Source: Eledone cirrhosa
Lineage: Eukaryota
Reading direction: 5' to 3'
Length of the DNA: 64,000 nt
Assembly (NCBI GenBank): GCA_964016885.1
Contig: OZ024748.1
Span: 17,422,001-17,486,000 of the forward strand
Position numbers and translations under genes: made by a program. Shown one piece after another: positions 39,233-53,707 of the stretch (positions within the stretch are counted from its first letter, which is position 1; the number at the start of each line of letters is the position of its first letter). Under the pieces are notes generated by a model that was not told where the DNA came from, did not search any database, and saw nothing but the letters and a program-made list of their open reading frames with translations.

Positions 39233-40420
39233 ATATGACATTGAAAAGTTCATAGGTAGACTATGAAGGAGTGATGCCAGCGCTGTGAAATCTTGCATGC
39301 ATTAATTTCAACTCTTCAGGGACTATGTTGAAAAATAAACCTCATTTAGTCATTCCATGAGAGTATCTTGGTCAGCTTATAAACTTGTATGTCTTTGTAT
39401 AAATATATATATACAGGAGGGTAGGCTGAAACACTTATAGGTTGACTCTGAAGGAGTGATGCTAGGGTTGTGAAATCTTGCATGCATTAATTTCACCTTT
39501 TTTTTATTAATTGTATCTACTTTAGGCACAAGGCCAGCAATTTTGGAGGAAGGGAAAATCAATTAAATCAACCCCAGTACATTACTGGTCCTTTATTTAT
39601 TGACCCTGTAGGGATGAAAGACACAGCTATGCTCTATCAATACTGCCAATCTACCGCCCTTATTAATAACTGCGTTATTTTCTTTCTAAGAACTATGTTG
39701 TAAAATAAACCTCATTTGGTCATTCCATGAGAGTATCTTAGTCATCCTATGAACCTTTCAGTCAGCCCTATCCTTTCAGGGTTGATAAATAAAATATAAG
39801 ATAGGAATCACCACCATCTTAGTTAATCGAACAGATCCGATCCAAGTGGCCACCCACGTTAAATAAGGATTGATAGATCTGAATTTAATTTCTGTTTGCT
39901 AAAATATTTTAGAAAATTTATTTATTTAGGTACAATAATAAATAAGTTTTATTGTTACCATTGTTCTAGTTGTTGTTGCTTTTGTTGTTGTTATTGTTGC
40001 TTTTGTTGTTGTTAATTGTTTCTTTTGTTGTTGTTATTTTTGCTTTTGTTATTGTTGTTGTTGTGTTTGTAATGTGTTTTCCCTATATTTATTTATATAT
40101 GAAAAATAAATCAAAAATTTCTGAAGACAATTAATATTCATGAAGAAAATTGGTAAAAATTTAGAAGAAAAATGTAAATCAATGTTGTGTGAAATTGAAA
40201 GCAAATATAGAAAAGTGAAATAAATCATTAAAGTAATTAATAATAATATTAATAATCACTTCTAATTTAACATAATGAATATGATACATGTATAGGGATG
40301 TCTGAGTGTGTATGTATGTGTAGGGGTGAGCAGTTATATATATATTATATATATATATATGCATGCATGCATTGATTGTACACACACATGTATTTGTATG
40401 TGTATATACATATATATACA

Positions 40421-40464
<44 letters not shown>

Positions 40465-40465
40465 C

Positions 40466-40541
<76 letters not shown>

Positions 40542-40582
40542 GTGTATGTATACATATATATATATATACATGTGTGTGTCTG

Positions 40583-40617
<35 letters not shown>

Positions 40618-40632
40618 GTGTGTGTATGTATG

Positions 40633-40679
<47 letters not shown>

Positions 40680-40760
40680 TCTTGTTATAGTTAAGTGCAC
40701 TACAAACCATCCGAAAGCATAACAAAGAACTCAATACTGTATGAAGAATAATAGAGATAT

Positions 40761-40815
40761 TTACAGAAGTTACAATAGTTTCTATAGATTCCTGTCTCGA
40801 CTCATCAGACTGTAA
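40761..40815 (-). ncRNA. Degenerate hammerhead motif family G
   Basis: Minus strand reads ttacagt CTGATGA gtcgagacaggaatctata GAA actattgt a acttctgtaa. Helix II is weak. Confidence 0.4.
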
Positions 40816-41194
40816 GGTGAAACCATTGATAATATACTGCATATATATTGTTATTTAGGACTCAGGAAAGAAAGGAGGAAATTAGGAGGAAGGAGGGAAA
40901 TGTGGAAGGGATAGAAGAGAAATGGGAATTTGAAGAGAAGTCTATAAATATGGAAAACTCTGATAAAGAAGTACAGGGAGAATGGATTACCAACTGTGCA
41001 TCAGATAAGTCGATATGTAAACATTGGTGAATTTTAAATATTGAGAGAAACCAGCTATATTTAAGTATTTTTAAATAAATAGCTAAAGTGAAATATATAA
41101 GTTAGTTAGTGTGTAGTTCTTGTATAAAACCATTCTTTATGGAATGCTATTATTTGAATTGGCGTTGATAAATTGCTTGGAAGGGAAAACAGTT

Positions 41195-41558
<364 letters not shown>

Positions 41559-41569
41559 TTTATATATAT

Positions 41570-41695
41570 AGGAACGAGTAGGACCCCGACAGCTGAGCTC
41601 AAGCCGTTTCGACGGCTAATTCTGGACTACTATCCTAAGTATTGAGTACTTTGGTGCGTTATGGTCCACCTGGTTCCTTACCACATTTCCTTCAT

Positions 41696-41737
<42 letters not shown>

Positions 41738-41875
41738 AACAAGTATGACCCCGACGGCAGAGCTCAAGCCGTTTCGACGGCTAATTCTGGACTATTACCC
41801 ACTCTACTACCCTAAGTATTGAGTATTTTGGTGCGTTATGGTCCATCTGGTTCCTTACCACATTTCCTTTGTTAT
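41570..41875. mobile_element. Two tandem copies of a ~135-bp (TA)n-embedded repeat; also at 54735-54912, 55077-55185 and 62884-63090
   Basis: gaccccgacggctgagctcaagccgtttcgacggctaattctg...ttgagtactttggtgcgttatggtcc is shared. Confidence 0.8.
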
Positions 41876-41914
41876 ATATATATATATATGTGTATGTATA
41901 TATTATATATATTC

Positions 41915-41949
<35 letters not shown>

Positions 41950-42310
41950 TCTATGTGTATATGTGTGTGTTTCTGTATGTGTACGCAGAATTTCGCATAC
42001 ATAGAAAGAAGTACCTCCTTGCATTGGTCAGCTCATGCATGTGCGTGCACACTCACACCTTTGCAATCTCACACCAGCCAGCTTTGGTATGGTCTAATGC
42101 ACATCCATGCACAGCTTTTGCACAGACAAATTAACAAACCAACACTCACACTCACGTCCACCCATAATATCTGAAATATCCTTTAATCAACAATCCCTTC
42201 CCCCAAAAAATGTCTGACAGAACACACACATGCTTTTTCTCCCAAAATTTTTTTTTTTTCCATTTTTTTCCTTTTCTCACTCTATCTTTCTTCTGATATT
42301 TCTTATTCTA

Positions 42311-42346
42311 TCTTCTGACGAAGGACTAGCGTCCGAAACGTTAAGA
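42311..42346 (+). ncRNA. Minimal hammerhead motif family F; degenerate tandem copy at ~42545-42580
   Basis: tctt CTGACGA a ggac-tagc-gtcc GAA ACGT t aaga. Palindromic ACGT helix III. Confidence 0.65.
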
Positions 42347-42852
42347 CTCTTTCCCTCCTATATCAAGTGTTACAGTAACATATATCAGCAATGTACTGAT
42401 TATTCTCTTGTGTTATTTTACCTTCTTAACTTTTCACATATATATGTTGAACAGACCTGCTTTTTCTCAGAGAAGTTTTTTTTCATTTCTACCCCTGCCC
42501 ACTCTCCTCTATATTTCTGTTTCTTCTTTAATTTCTCATTCTATTTTCTAATAAAGGACTAGCATCCAAAACGTTAAGACTTTCCCTACTATATTAAGTG
42601 TGAATCTAATATATATCTTCATTGTACTTCATCATCTGTTGTGTTTTTCCGTTTACTTTTTGCATACATATATATAGAAATAGATAGAGAGATAAGAATA
42701 TATATATATATATATATGTATGCATACATATATATATATATATGCATGTGTATATATATATATATATATATACACATGCATACACACACACATAGAGAGA
42801 GAGGAAGAAAGAGAGAGATAGAGAGATATGAATACATATAAATGAATATCTA

Positions 42853-42885
<33 letters not shown>

Positions 42886-44029
42886 AGTGTGAGTGTATAT
42901 ATACATGTGTGTGTATGTATATGTATATACATATATCATGATGATGATGATGATATATGTATATATATATATACACACACATGTATATACAGACACACAC
43001 ACACACACATATATTAGATATTCTATGCAGGCGAATAATTTAAGGGAGATGATTTTTCAGTAAGGAATTCAGCTGCTACATATATCAAACCAGTAATTTA
43101 AAAGCTATTCATTATATTTTCAAATTATCTATTCATATTATGTGTTTTCAATGGATGGAACGCTACAGCAATGGGTTACTGTGACCAAACCGAGAATTGT
43201 ATATATTCAATAGTTTCTTGGGGGTTTGGGTTTGTTGCTTTGGGGCTTCATGAATCTGTGGCTTTGTCTACTAACTCTAAATGCTCCTTAGTAGCGGCTC
43301 GTTGAGAAGAAGGGTACTTGAATATCTTTAGGGGCATATCCTTGATTGAATGACTAAATGAATGTTCATTTACTGCTAGTTAGTGAATGGCAACTATCCA
43401 ACGGATATAGAAATGGATAGCAAGAGAGAATACAAAATACCAATACCAATACCAGTACCGAAACTAATGCTCATCTTTTCAATCTATCTCTGAAGACAAT
43501 TTCCTCTTTGCTAAATCTTACCAAGTAAAAATTGATGTTTTTATTATTAATCTTGGCAGCACTGAGGATCAACAAAGAAGATGAGTACATGTCACTGAAA
43601 CAATTTCATTCTCTTTCCTTCTTAATGAATACTTAATTTGCCGAGCACTCTCTTCTTTCTATAATTGGTTGCATTGATTAATTCGTTTGAACACTTTAAG
43701 TAAAACTGTAAATAGCTAGACATTTCTTATTCAGCAATGGTTAAAGTCTTAACATGTTGATAAACCATTTTATCTCCTGTTGTCATTACTTATTCTCCAC
43801 AACCAGTCTTTATTATATGTTCTATATTCTATACATGAACTTTTAAATTAAGAAGGAAGACTGTCAAATTAAGCAAATACTGTTGGTTGAAAAAGTGTTA
43901 AAATTAAGATCAATAAGGAAGACATTCTCCGTTATTAAGAAACTTTATTTCTTATACTTATTCTTCTTTAATTTCTTTGGCTCCTGAAATAGCTCAACTC
44001 CATCCTAGATGGTTGTAAACCCTGCCATA

Positions 44030-44412
44030 GGCCTGCTTCCAGACCAGATCCATTCCTACCAGATCTTCAATGGGCCTGCTTCCAGACCAGATCCATTCCT
44101 ACCAGATCTTCAATGGGCCTGCTTCCAGACCAGATCCATTCCTACCAGATCTTCAATGGGCCTGCTTCCAGACCAGATCCATTCCTACCAGATCTTCAAT
44201 GGGCCTGCTTTCAGACCAGATCCATTCCTACCAGATCTTCAATGGGCCTGCTTCCAGACCAGACCCATTTCTACCAGGTCTTCAATGGGCCTGATCCCAG
44301 ACCAGACCCATTTCTACCAGATCTTCAATGGGCCTGCTCCCAGACCAGATCCATGCCTTCCAGAACTTCAATGGGCCTGCATCCAGACCAGACCCATTTC
44401 TACCAGGTCTTT
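44030..44412. repeat. 43-bp minisatellite, ~9 units
   Basis: Unit ggcctgcttccagaccagatccattcctaccagatcttcaatg. Confidence 0.95.
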
Positions 44413-44957
44413 TATCAAAGATATCAACAAGGTCTTGATAGCTCTGCCTTGCCTCCTGTGACCTTTTCGAACATCCACTGAAGTAAGGCCTACACTGGCC
44501 TCTTCGTGGTCATGTGTATTATATGGCTAATCATCTCCTGTAGTCATACTGTGATGGTATCCTGTAGATTATTCAGTCTAGCTCTTTCCATCACCTTTTT
44601 CATTCATGTTTCAGTTATGCGATGACATCCTAGTATAGCCCTAAGGCAACATTTATAGTGGAAGTCTTCTGTGGTTCTCTATATTCTGCTGGACTTTATC
44701 CCATGTCTCACAAGCTTAAATTATCATTGACAACACAATTGATGTGTACATGTGGAGTGTTCTGTATTATCTGTTGGTAATTTCTTTCAGCTTTGTGAAC
44801 TGGAGTAACATGAAGTAAAGTGTCTTGCTCAAGGACACTATGTACTGTCCAGTATAGGATTCAAGCTCATAGCTTTATGATCCCAAAGCTAACACTTTAA
44901 GCACTAAGCCATCTACCTATTTACATATATTTGGGAAATATATTTATAACGCAACAC

Positions 44958-45150
44958 TTCTTTTCTTCTTCTTCTTCTTCTTCTTCTTCTTCTTCTTCTT
45001 CTTTTGCTGCTGCTTTTTCTGCTTCTGCTGCTGCTGCTTCTTCTGCTTCTGCTGCTGCTGCTTCTTCTGCTTCTGCTGCTGCTGCTGCTTCTTCTGCTGC
45101 TGCTGCTGCTTCTTCTTCTGCTTCTGCTTCTACTTCTTTTTCTGCTTCTT
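44958..45150. repeat. (CTT)n/(CTG)n trinucleotide tract
   Basis: Read directly. It explains the poly-E/A/S/L ORFs. Confidence 0.95.
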
Positions 45151-45249
45151 CCTGAGAGGGTCCTGGGGTGGGTGGGGTCAGAGTCCTCAAACACTTCTTC
45201 CAGCGGGGTCCTGTCAGAAGCAACTGTCTCCAGCTAATCTCATGTATGT

Positions 45250-45520
45250 TCATCATCATCATCACCGTTTTACGTCCGTTCTTCCACGCTAGCATGGGTT
45301 AGACGGGTTGTCCTGTTGTGGGCAGTGTCTGGTCGGCTGACCATGCCTTGCTCATACAGGAACTGATCTGGCTTGATTTCTACAGCTGGATGCCCTTCCT
45401 AACACCAGCCTCATTTACAGTGAGTGCTGGGTGCTTTTTCGTGGCACCTACACGTCCACTTTACAGTGTGGGCTGGGTGCTTTTTTGTTGTGGCACCTCC
45501 ACGGCCACCTTGCGGTGGGG
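45250..45520 (-). mobile_element. SINE-like family 3 with ~48-bp internal modules and (GAT)n tail; copies at 46850-47065(+), 49692-49882(+), 55208-55350(-), 55935-56100(+), 58355-58543(+) and 58620-58906(+)
   Basis: Shared ctgtaaatgaggttggtgttaggaagggcatccagctgtagaaa...aacccatgctagc...gatgatgat. Confidence 0.8.
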
Positions 45521-45554
45521 GGTGTGGGGGCATATTGTCTATATGCTTCAGCTT

Positions 45555-46270
45555 GTACCCATGGGAGGTCGGGTACTCTGTATTACTGCATGACGCCAGA
45601 AGTCACGGTCGTGTGTCATTGCCTTTGAGAGGTGTAATTGGGTAAGGTCGGCTTTTATCACCTCATCCCAGGTTATCTTGGGTCTCCCCACTCCGTGGTT
45701 TCCATCAACTTCTAGTGCTCTGCACCTTTTTATGCAGCTGTCATCCTTCATACGCATCACATGTCCATACCAGCGCAACCGCCTCTCCTGCACACAGCAT
45801 TTGATTCCTCTTATGCTCAGTCTCTCTCTCAATTCATTTATGTTTTGTCGTTCGCGTATATTACTATTACACATCCATCGGAGCATGCAGGCTTCGTTTC
45901 TCTCTAATCTACGTAGGTCTTCCACCTTCAGCGCCCAGGTCTCACTACCATGCAATATCGCTGTTCGGATACACGCATCATACAGTCTGCCTTTCATTCT
46001 GAGGGAGAAGCCTTTTGCAGCTAGCAGTGGTAGTAGTTCCCTAAACTTCTTCCATCCCGTTCTTACCCTAGTTATTGTACTTTCTGAACACCCACTTCCG
46101 CTGCTAATTCGGTCACCTAGGTAGCAGAAGCTGTCTACTGTTTCTACAGAGCCCTCCTAGAGATTGGTGGTACTTGTTTCCTGTGGCTGTTTGCTGCTTG
46201 CTGTCTCAGCACAGCTGCTGCATGTGAAGCCTACATTCTTCCTGAGATCCAGCTACATCTCTTGTGTACC
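45555..46270 (-). mobile_element. RTE-clade LINE, 3' fragment (RT C-terminal region)
   Basis: Translates as ETVDSFCYLGDRIS...WKKFRELLPLL...KGRLYDACIRTAILHGSETW...RRLRWYGHVMRM...GRPKITW, typical of RTE ORF2. Confidence 0.92.
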
Positions 46271-46663
46271 CATTGTTTGCATTTGGGGCAGAGAATGGAG
46301 TTCCTACCTACATTTTTCCTACATACTGAGCAAGGCCATTTCCCTGAGGGGATCTGGGTTATTTAACACATATCTACAATGATATTATAAACACCATAAT
46401 TCTTTAACTGTTCTTATCACAGATACACTAATGTAACACTGTAATATTATCACCATTAATCTCTCTTTGATGCTAAATTCCTTGTTGATAAATCGGTTAA
46501 GTCAGCTAGAGGAAGAAACTGACCTGGAAATATCCAGCGTTAACATAGAACTCCAATTTGTTTTAATCTGAAATCATTCCACTTGAAGATGCATAAATAA
46601 TATCTTGTCTTTTTCAGCCACCTAAATATATATTTCTTAAATTTTCTTATACAATTGAGATGC

Positions 46664-46698
<35 letters not shown>

Positions 46699-47389
46699 CG
46701 TGGCTTAGTGGTTAGAGCATTGGCCTTGAAATCGAAAGGTTGTGAGTTCAATTCTCAGACTGGGTGATGTGTTGTTTCCTTGAGCAAGACCCTTTATTTC
46801 ACATTGCTCCAGTTTACTCAGCTGTAGAAATGAGAAGATAGGTACTGGGGTCCCTATCATTCCACTGCAAAGTGGCCATGGAGGTGCCACAGCAAAAAAG
46901 CCCCCAGCCCACACTGTAAAGTGGACGTGTAGGCACCATGGAAAAAAAAGCACCCAGCACTCACTGTAAATGAGGTTGGTGTTAGGAAGGACATCCAGCT
47001 GTAGAAATCAAGCCAGAATCAGTTCCCGTCCCCCCGTTGCAAGCAAGAAAAAGCGGACGTAAAATTAAATGAATGAAATGATATATATATATATAGATAG
47101 ATAGATAGATAGATATATAAAATTACAAGAAACGAAGAGAGCTGTGTGGTTACTGTAAACAAAGTTTAAGATGGTAATATCGACGAAACAAGAGAAGAAA
47201 TCCTTCATCAGCTGTAAACCACAGATCGTAGATATTTCGACGCTTATATATATATATATATGTGAGAAAAACCTCATCTCAATTCTACTTTTGAAAAGCA
47301 GAAGAACTGTGAAACCGGTAAAGGAACCAAATAAATATATATTTAAAAAAAAAAAAGACTCCAGTTGCATTTTCGATTTCATCTTTTTT

Positions 47390-47436
<47 letters not shown>

Positions 47437-47771
47437 TGATAAGAAGGAGCTGCGCATTGCAAATGGGGTGCATATGAAAAAGTAAGTCCTTCATCAGTGA
47501 CCCTCCAACCGTCCCAGGCATTTCATCGCTATATATGTATATGTATTTATATATATATATGTATATCATCATCATCGATTAACGTTTATCTTCCACGTTA
47601 GCATGGATTAGATGGGTTTGTCTCATGAAGCAAGTTGGGTTGGGTGACCGTATCTCGCTCATATAGGAGAGTTTGTGTGTCTCTGTGTGTTTGTGTTTAA
47701 AAGTATACACACACACACACATATATACATATACATGTGTGTATATATATATATAGAGAGAGAGATATATA

Positions 47772-47869
47772 CAGGGTGTCCCCAAAAATGTATACACAAA
47801 GACTGCATTCTAATAGATATTGCCTGTTCAGGTATTCAAAGTGTGTATACATTTTGGGAGGACACCCTG
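47772..47869. mobile_element. Tc1/mariner MITE
   Basis: TIRs cagggtgtccccaaaaatgtatacac / gtgtatacattttgggaggacaccctg, flanked by TA. Confidence 0.85.
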
Positions 47870-48029
47870 TATATATACATATTTACATATATGTGTATGT
47901 AAAGATATATATGATGAGTGTGTGTGTGTGTATGTGCATGTAGTTATGCATAGACACATGTTAAATGGGACATATTAGAAGCAACTCTTGTAGTTAATAC
48001 TTTCATGTCTCTCGTTAAAGAAGAAAAGA

Positions 48030-48860
48030 TAACAACAATAACATCAGCAACAACAAAACAACAACAACATCAACAATAACATCAGCAACAACAAAACAAC
48101 AACAACATCAACAATAACATCAGCAACAACAACAACAACAACAACAACAATAACATCAGCAACAACAAAACAACAACATCAACAACAACATCAACAATAA
48201 CATCAGCAATAACAAAACAACAACAACAACATCAGCAACAACAAAACAACAACAACAACAAAAAAACAACAACAACAACAATAACATCAGCAACAACAAA
48301 ACAACAACAACAACAATAACATCAGCAACAACAACATCAACAATAACATCAGCAACAACAAAACAACAACATCAACAATAACATCAGCAACAACAAAACA
48401 ACAACAACACAACAACAACAACATCAACAATAACATCAGCAACAACAAAACAACAACAACATCAACAATAACATCAGCAACAACAAAACAACATCAACAA
48501 TAACATCAGCAACAACAAAACAACAACAACATCAACAATAACATCAGCAACAATAACATCAACATCAACATCAAAAACATCAATAGCAGAATCAACAACT
48601 ACAACAAACACAACAACATCAACAACAACAACATCATCTACAACATCAACAACATCATTTAAAATATTTACATCAACAACATCAACAACAGCAACCACAA
48701 CAACATCAGCAACATCAAAAATAATAACATCATCAATAACATCAACAGCAGCATCAACAACATAAAAAAACAATAACAGCTACATTATCAACAACAAACA
48801 CATCAAAAACAACAACCACAATCATCAAAAACATCAACAGCATCAACAACAACAACAAAT
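48030..48860. repeat. (CAA)n-derived tract with a ~33-bp higher-order unit
   Basis: aacatcaacaataacatcagcaacaacaaaac repeated. Confidence 0.9.
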
Positions 48861-50033
48861 AAAAAGTTAAAAGAAAAAAAAGACCCCAAATAAAAGGAAT
48901 GAGAAAAGACAATAAGTGACATAAAATATAAAATAAATCGATTTATGATTTCTATAAAGAATTTAATTGTTATAAAGATCAGGCTATTGAGTACAGTGTT
49001 GGGTCAATAAGTAGGAGTTTCTAACAATGGAATTGGTCTCGGCTGGTTCTCACCGTCTCTGTTCCAGCTGATCAATCAATAGAACAGCCTACTCATTAAA
49101 TTAACGTGCAAGTGTCTGAGCATTCCACAGAAACCCTCACAGAAATACTGCAGCCTTTAACCCTGGAGCAAGCTACTTTCCGTTGGCGCATTGATACCCT
49201 TTTCGTACGTGATTTGGCTAAGTTAAGCCAATCATTATCCGCATATGGATATGTATTTCAACTTCCGCCCAAACTGAGAATTTCCTGCTTCTTTTAATAA
49301 ACTAATTCTCTTGCAGCTTGACCTCGCTAAGGTAAACAACCATTTTGCTTTTGTCCCGCAAGCACAAACAATATATAATGACAAAACATTACCGCAGCCT
49401 GGCTAACACTTCAGCCAGTGACCGTGTCTTCTGAAACCTTAATTATGTTTGTTTCATTTATTTTGGCATGCCAACCAAGCTTAATACAGCTCTTCTCACC
49501 TTAAACATGGTTAATAAATTCTGTTACAACGAACTACAAATTGTCGTCGACATTATTTTATCTTACTTCTAAACTGGTTACTATTACTTGTTGCTATACT
49601 GATGACATAATACATCATCATCTTATGTTATAAATTGTTTCACTGGTAAATTCTGTTGATACACAATACACAAATACAAATAGGCGCTACGAAAAAGCAC
49701 CCAGCACTCACTGTAAATGAGGTTGGTGTTAGGAAGGGCATCCAGCTGTAGAAATCAAGCCAAATCAGTTCCTGTATGAGCAAGGCATGGTCAGCCGACC
49801 AGACACTGCCCACAACAGGACAACCCGTCTAACCCATGCTAGCGTGGAAGAACGGACATAAAACGGTGATGATGATGATGAAATATTATCATTCTCATTA
49901 ATATCCTTTAAAAATGCTATCTTCAATCCTTTAGCATTTAAACCATCTCTGTTCCAGTTGATCAATCATTAAATTAACGTGCAAATGTCTGAGCATTCTA
50001 CAGAAGCCCTCACAGAAATACTGCAGCCTTTAA

Positions 50034-50358
50034 CCCTTTAGCATTTAAACCGGCCATATCCGGCCAGAGTTCTCTTACCTCTTTCTGTTCAAACCGGCCA
50101 TATGTGGACACTTATAATTGTTTCTAATTTTGGCACAAGGCCAGCAATTACTCAGTGCATTACTGGTACTTTATTTTATCGAACCCAATAAGGATGAAAG
50201 GCAAAGTTAACCTCAGCGGATAATGATGTTAAGGTATTGTTCACAAAATAAATAATATCAAAATCTCATCGATTCAATATTAAGTGATAATTGTGTGAAA
50301 TAAACTGTTTACCATGAAAATACAATAGTAAATATAAAGTAATGTAAATGCTAAAGGG
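50034..50358. mobile_element. piggyBac-like MITE with a nested SINE
   Basis: TTAA|ccctttagcattta...taaatgctaaaggg|TTAA. The empty-site paralogue cctttaaaacctcca is at ~50506-50520. Confidence 0.85.
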
Positions 50359-51535
50359 TTAAAACCTCCATATTTCCTGAAATTCGCCAACACTACACCT
50401 GATATTCCCCCTCCATACATATATCAATCAATAGAACAGCTTTCTCTTTAAATTAACGTGCAAGTGTCTGAGCATTCCATAGAAACCCTCACAGAAACAC
50501 TGCATCCTTTAAAACCTCCAAGCTTCTTGAAATTCACCAACACTACACCTGATATACCCCATCCATACACATGCATACATGTATATTATGACTCATACAC
50601 TGTTCATTTTCTTGACGTTTGTACATTTTTCTATGTACTATTGATGAGTTGTAGTGCACCTGAGCACTGTACACAATAATTTCATTATTATTATTTCATT
50701 ATTATCAGGCATCTACCATACTCTGAATGCCTTGCTTCCCTGAGGAGGGATACATTGAAGCTCCGATGTCTGGAAACTGACTTGTGTTAGATTATATCCT
50801 GAAAACTATAGGGAAAAATTTAGTTTATATATACATATATTTTTTTTTATGGTTCCATAACTCTTGAGGGTGTCATAGGGCGCCATGTTGATATATGGCA
50901 TTTCTAGGACACTTTTAAACATGGTGGAGCTCATCTCCTCTCCAACTCTAGATATTTTATTAAATCTCTCCAAATTACTGTAAGAAGTGTTAATGAATTT
51001 AAACATTTTATTTAGATAACCCTTTCATTACCATATTTCTAGGCAGGACAAACAGCACCCAAGGTTGTTTTTTCATATATGAGTGTTTGAATTTCTTTTT
51101 ACTTAAAAAAAGGGGGCTCACAAAGGCTTTTTTTAATAAACGTAATTTGATTGGTTATAAATGAAATTATGGCTGTCACGTGAACAAGTTTTCATTAAAT
51201 TTCCGCGCCCTTATTTGGAAATCCATTCTGTAGCCTTTTTAGAGAATTTTATGATAAGTAAAAGATAATGACCAGTTAGAATTACCAAGGTAACAAGCTG
51301 GAAGGGGGTTGAGAAAGAGATGAGATAGAAGGTGGGAGAAGAAGGAGGATATAAATGAATGAAAAGAATGAAAGTTATCTTACCAATATATTAGTCCTAA
51401 AATCTTTTGGATTTACCATCCATAATCAAGAGGGGTCTGTAGGAAAGGAGGGAGGTTTCGAAGAAATCAGAGATTGTCTTCCTGGTCCCTGTTTCTTGAT
51501 TTTTTTTCATTTTATTTCTTGATTTAAAAAAAAAA

Positions 51536-51899
51536 TTATGATGATGATGGTGGTAGCTGTGGTTAGGATGATGATGATGATGGTGGTGGTAGTGGTGGTT
51601 AGGGTGATGATGATGATGGTGGTAGTGGTTGTTAGGGTGATGATGATGATGGTGGTGGTAGTGGAAGTGATAAAAATGCTGCTACTCTTAATTACTATAA
51701 TAGTGGTGGTTAGGGTGTGATGTTTGTAGCTGTGGTGGACATGGTGGTAGTGGTGGTAGTTGTGGTAGTTGTGGTAGTTGTTGCTGTTGTTATTGTTGTT
51801 GCTGTTGTTATTGTTGTTGCTGTTGTTATTGTTGTTATTGTTGTTGCTGTTGTTATTTTTGTTGCTGCTGTTGCTGTTGTTATTTTTGTTGCTGTTGTT

Positions 51900-51974
<75 letters not shown>

Positions 51975-52170
51975 GCTGAGATGGTTGTTGTCGTTGTTAT
52001 TGTAGTTGTTGTTATTGTTGTTGTTGTTGTTGAGGTTATTACTGTTGTTGTTGTTGTTGCTGAGATGGTTGTTGTTCTTGCTGTTGTTATTGTTCTTGCT
52101 GTTGTTGTTGTTGTTGCTGTTGCTGTTGTTGCTGAGGTTGTTAAATTCTCTGCTGCCATTGATGTTGTTT
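51536..52170. repeat. (GAT/GGT)n and (GTT)n tract
   Basis: Read directly. Confidence 0.95.
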
Positions 52171-52339
52171 CATAAATCTAGCTGACATAGAAGTATTTGT
52201 TACTGGCTTTCAGTCAAAAGAATTCAAATCTCATTTATGTGTTGGGTGTTATACATCAGTGTCTGAAATTCGATGTATATATTGTATATATACTTATATA
52301 CATACTACTTATATACATACTACTTATATACATACTACT

Positions 52340-52384
<45 letters not shown>

Positions 52385-53534
52385 TTGTGTGTGTGCATAA
52401 ATAATTACATCATATGTCTGAATATAAGTATGTATGTATATGTATGTTTTTATATACATATGCATCTAAATATAGATATGTATATATATATATGTGTGTG
52501 TATGTATGTATATATACATATATATATATATGTGTATGTATATATATATATATGTGTATATATATATGTGTATATATATATGTGTATATATGTATGTATG
52601 TATATATATATATGTATGTATGTATACATATATATATATGTATGCATACATATATATATATATGTATATATACATACATATATGTATGTATGTATACACA
52701 TATATATGTGTATATATATATATATATGTATGTATGTATACACATATATATATGTGTATATATATATATATATGTATGTATGTACATATATATATATATG
52801 TATATATACACATATATGTATGTACATATATATATATGTATGTATGTACATATATATATATATATATATATGTAAATACGCATATATATGTATGTATATA
52901 TATATATATATATATATATACATACACAAACTCTCATAGATCATGTAATAAATATCATATATATATCATGTATGTGTGTATGCACACAAACTTTTCATAC
53001 ATAACTCATACACACACATACATACATACATACACACACGCATACATACGTACACACATATACATACACACATACACTTCTTCAATTCATCTTTATTTTG
53101 ACTACAGAAGACAATTACATTATGCAATGTTGAGAGGAAAATTTGCCTTTGTCGAATTCAATTAAATTTTGTTCTTTTGAAATTTTTACCTTGTCTTATG
53201 AATTTCTCTTCATACCATTCCAAGCAAGATGATTCTCTTTCTTTATTTCTCAGTTTCCATTACAACAAGTCTGGAGTGGCGACGTTAACCATAGTTGTCT
53301 TTATTAAATATCATAACGAAGCATGTGTGTGTGTATATATATATATTTAAATGATAAGTATAGAAATTATTGTAGCAAGAAGCCAACAGTATTCCATAAT
53401 ATATAAGTGACTATAGCGTCAAAATGGAAAAATAATATATATATATATATATAAAGTAAATCGAAATAACAAAGCAATCAACACAATACATTGAAGAAAT
53501 ATATTAGTTTAATGCGTGAAATGGCTGGAAAATA

Positions 53535-53571
53535 GTCTTAACGTTTCGGACACTAGTGCTTCATCAGAAAT
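53535..53571 (-). ncRNA. Minimal hammerhead motif family F, helix II imperfect
   Basis: Minus strand reads ttt CTGATGA agcactagtgtcc GAA ACGT t aagac. Confidence 0.5.
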
Positions 53572-53656
53572 AGAACATAAAATAGAAAGATAAAAAGTGA
53601 GAAGAGGAAAGAACACAGGCAAAAACATGAGAAAAAAAAAGGAAAAAGAATACATG

Positions 53657-53707
<51 letters not shown>

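Noticed and set aside
44913-45295. Poly-E/A antifreeze-like or SR-like ORFs, and the poly-T/V ORFs at 51710-52175
   Set aside because: Trinucleotide tracts open in several frames, with no gene context.
47190-47530. Two minus-strand CTGATGAAGGA cores as hammerheads
   Set aside because: No downstream helix II-GAAA-UH could be built. They are probably truncated halves.
50735-50790. ctgagga...gaaac hammerhead-like motif
   Set aside because: Helix II is plausible but helix I cannot form.
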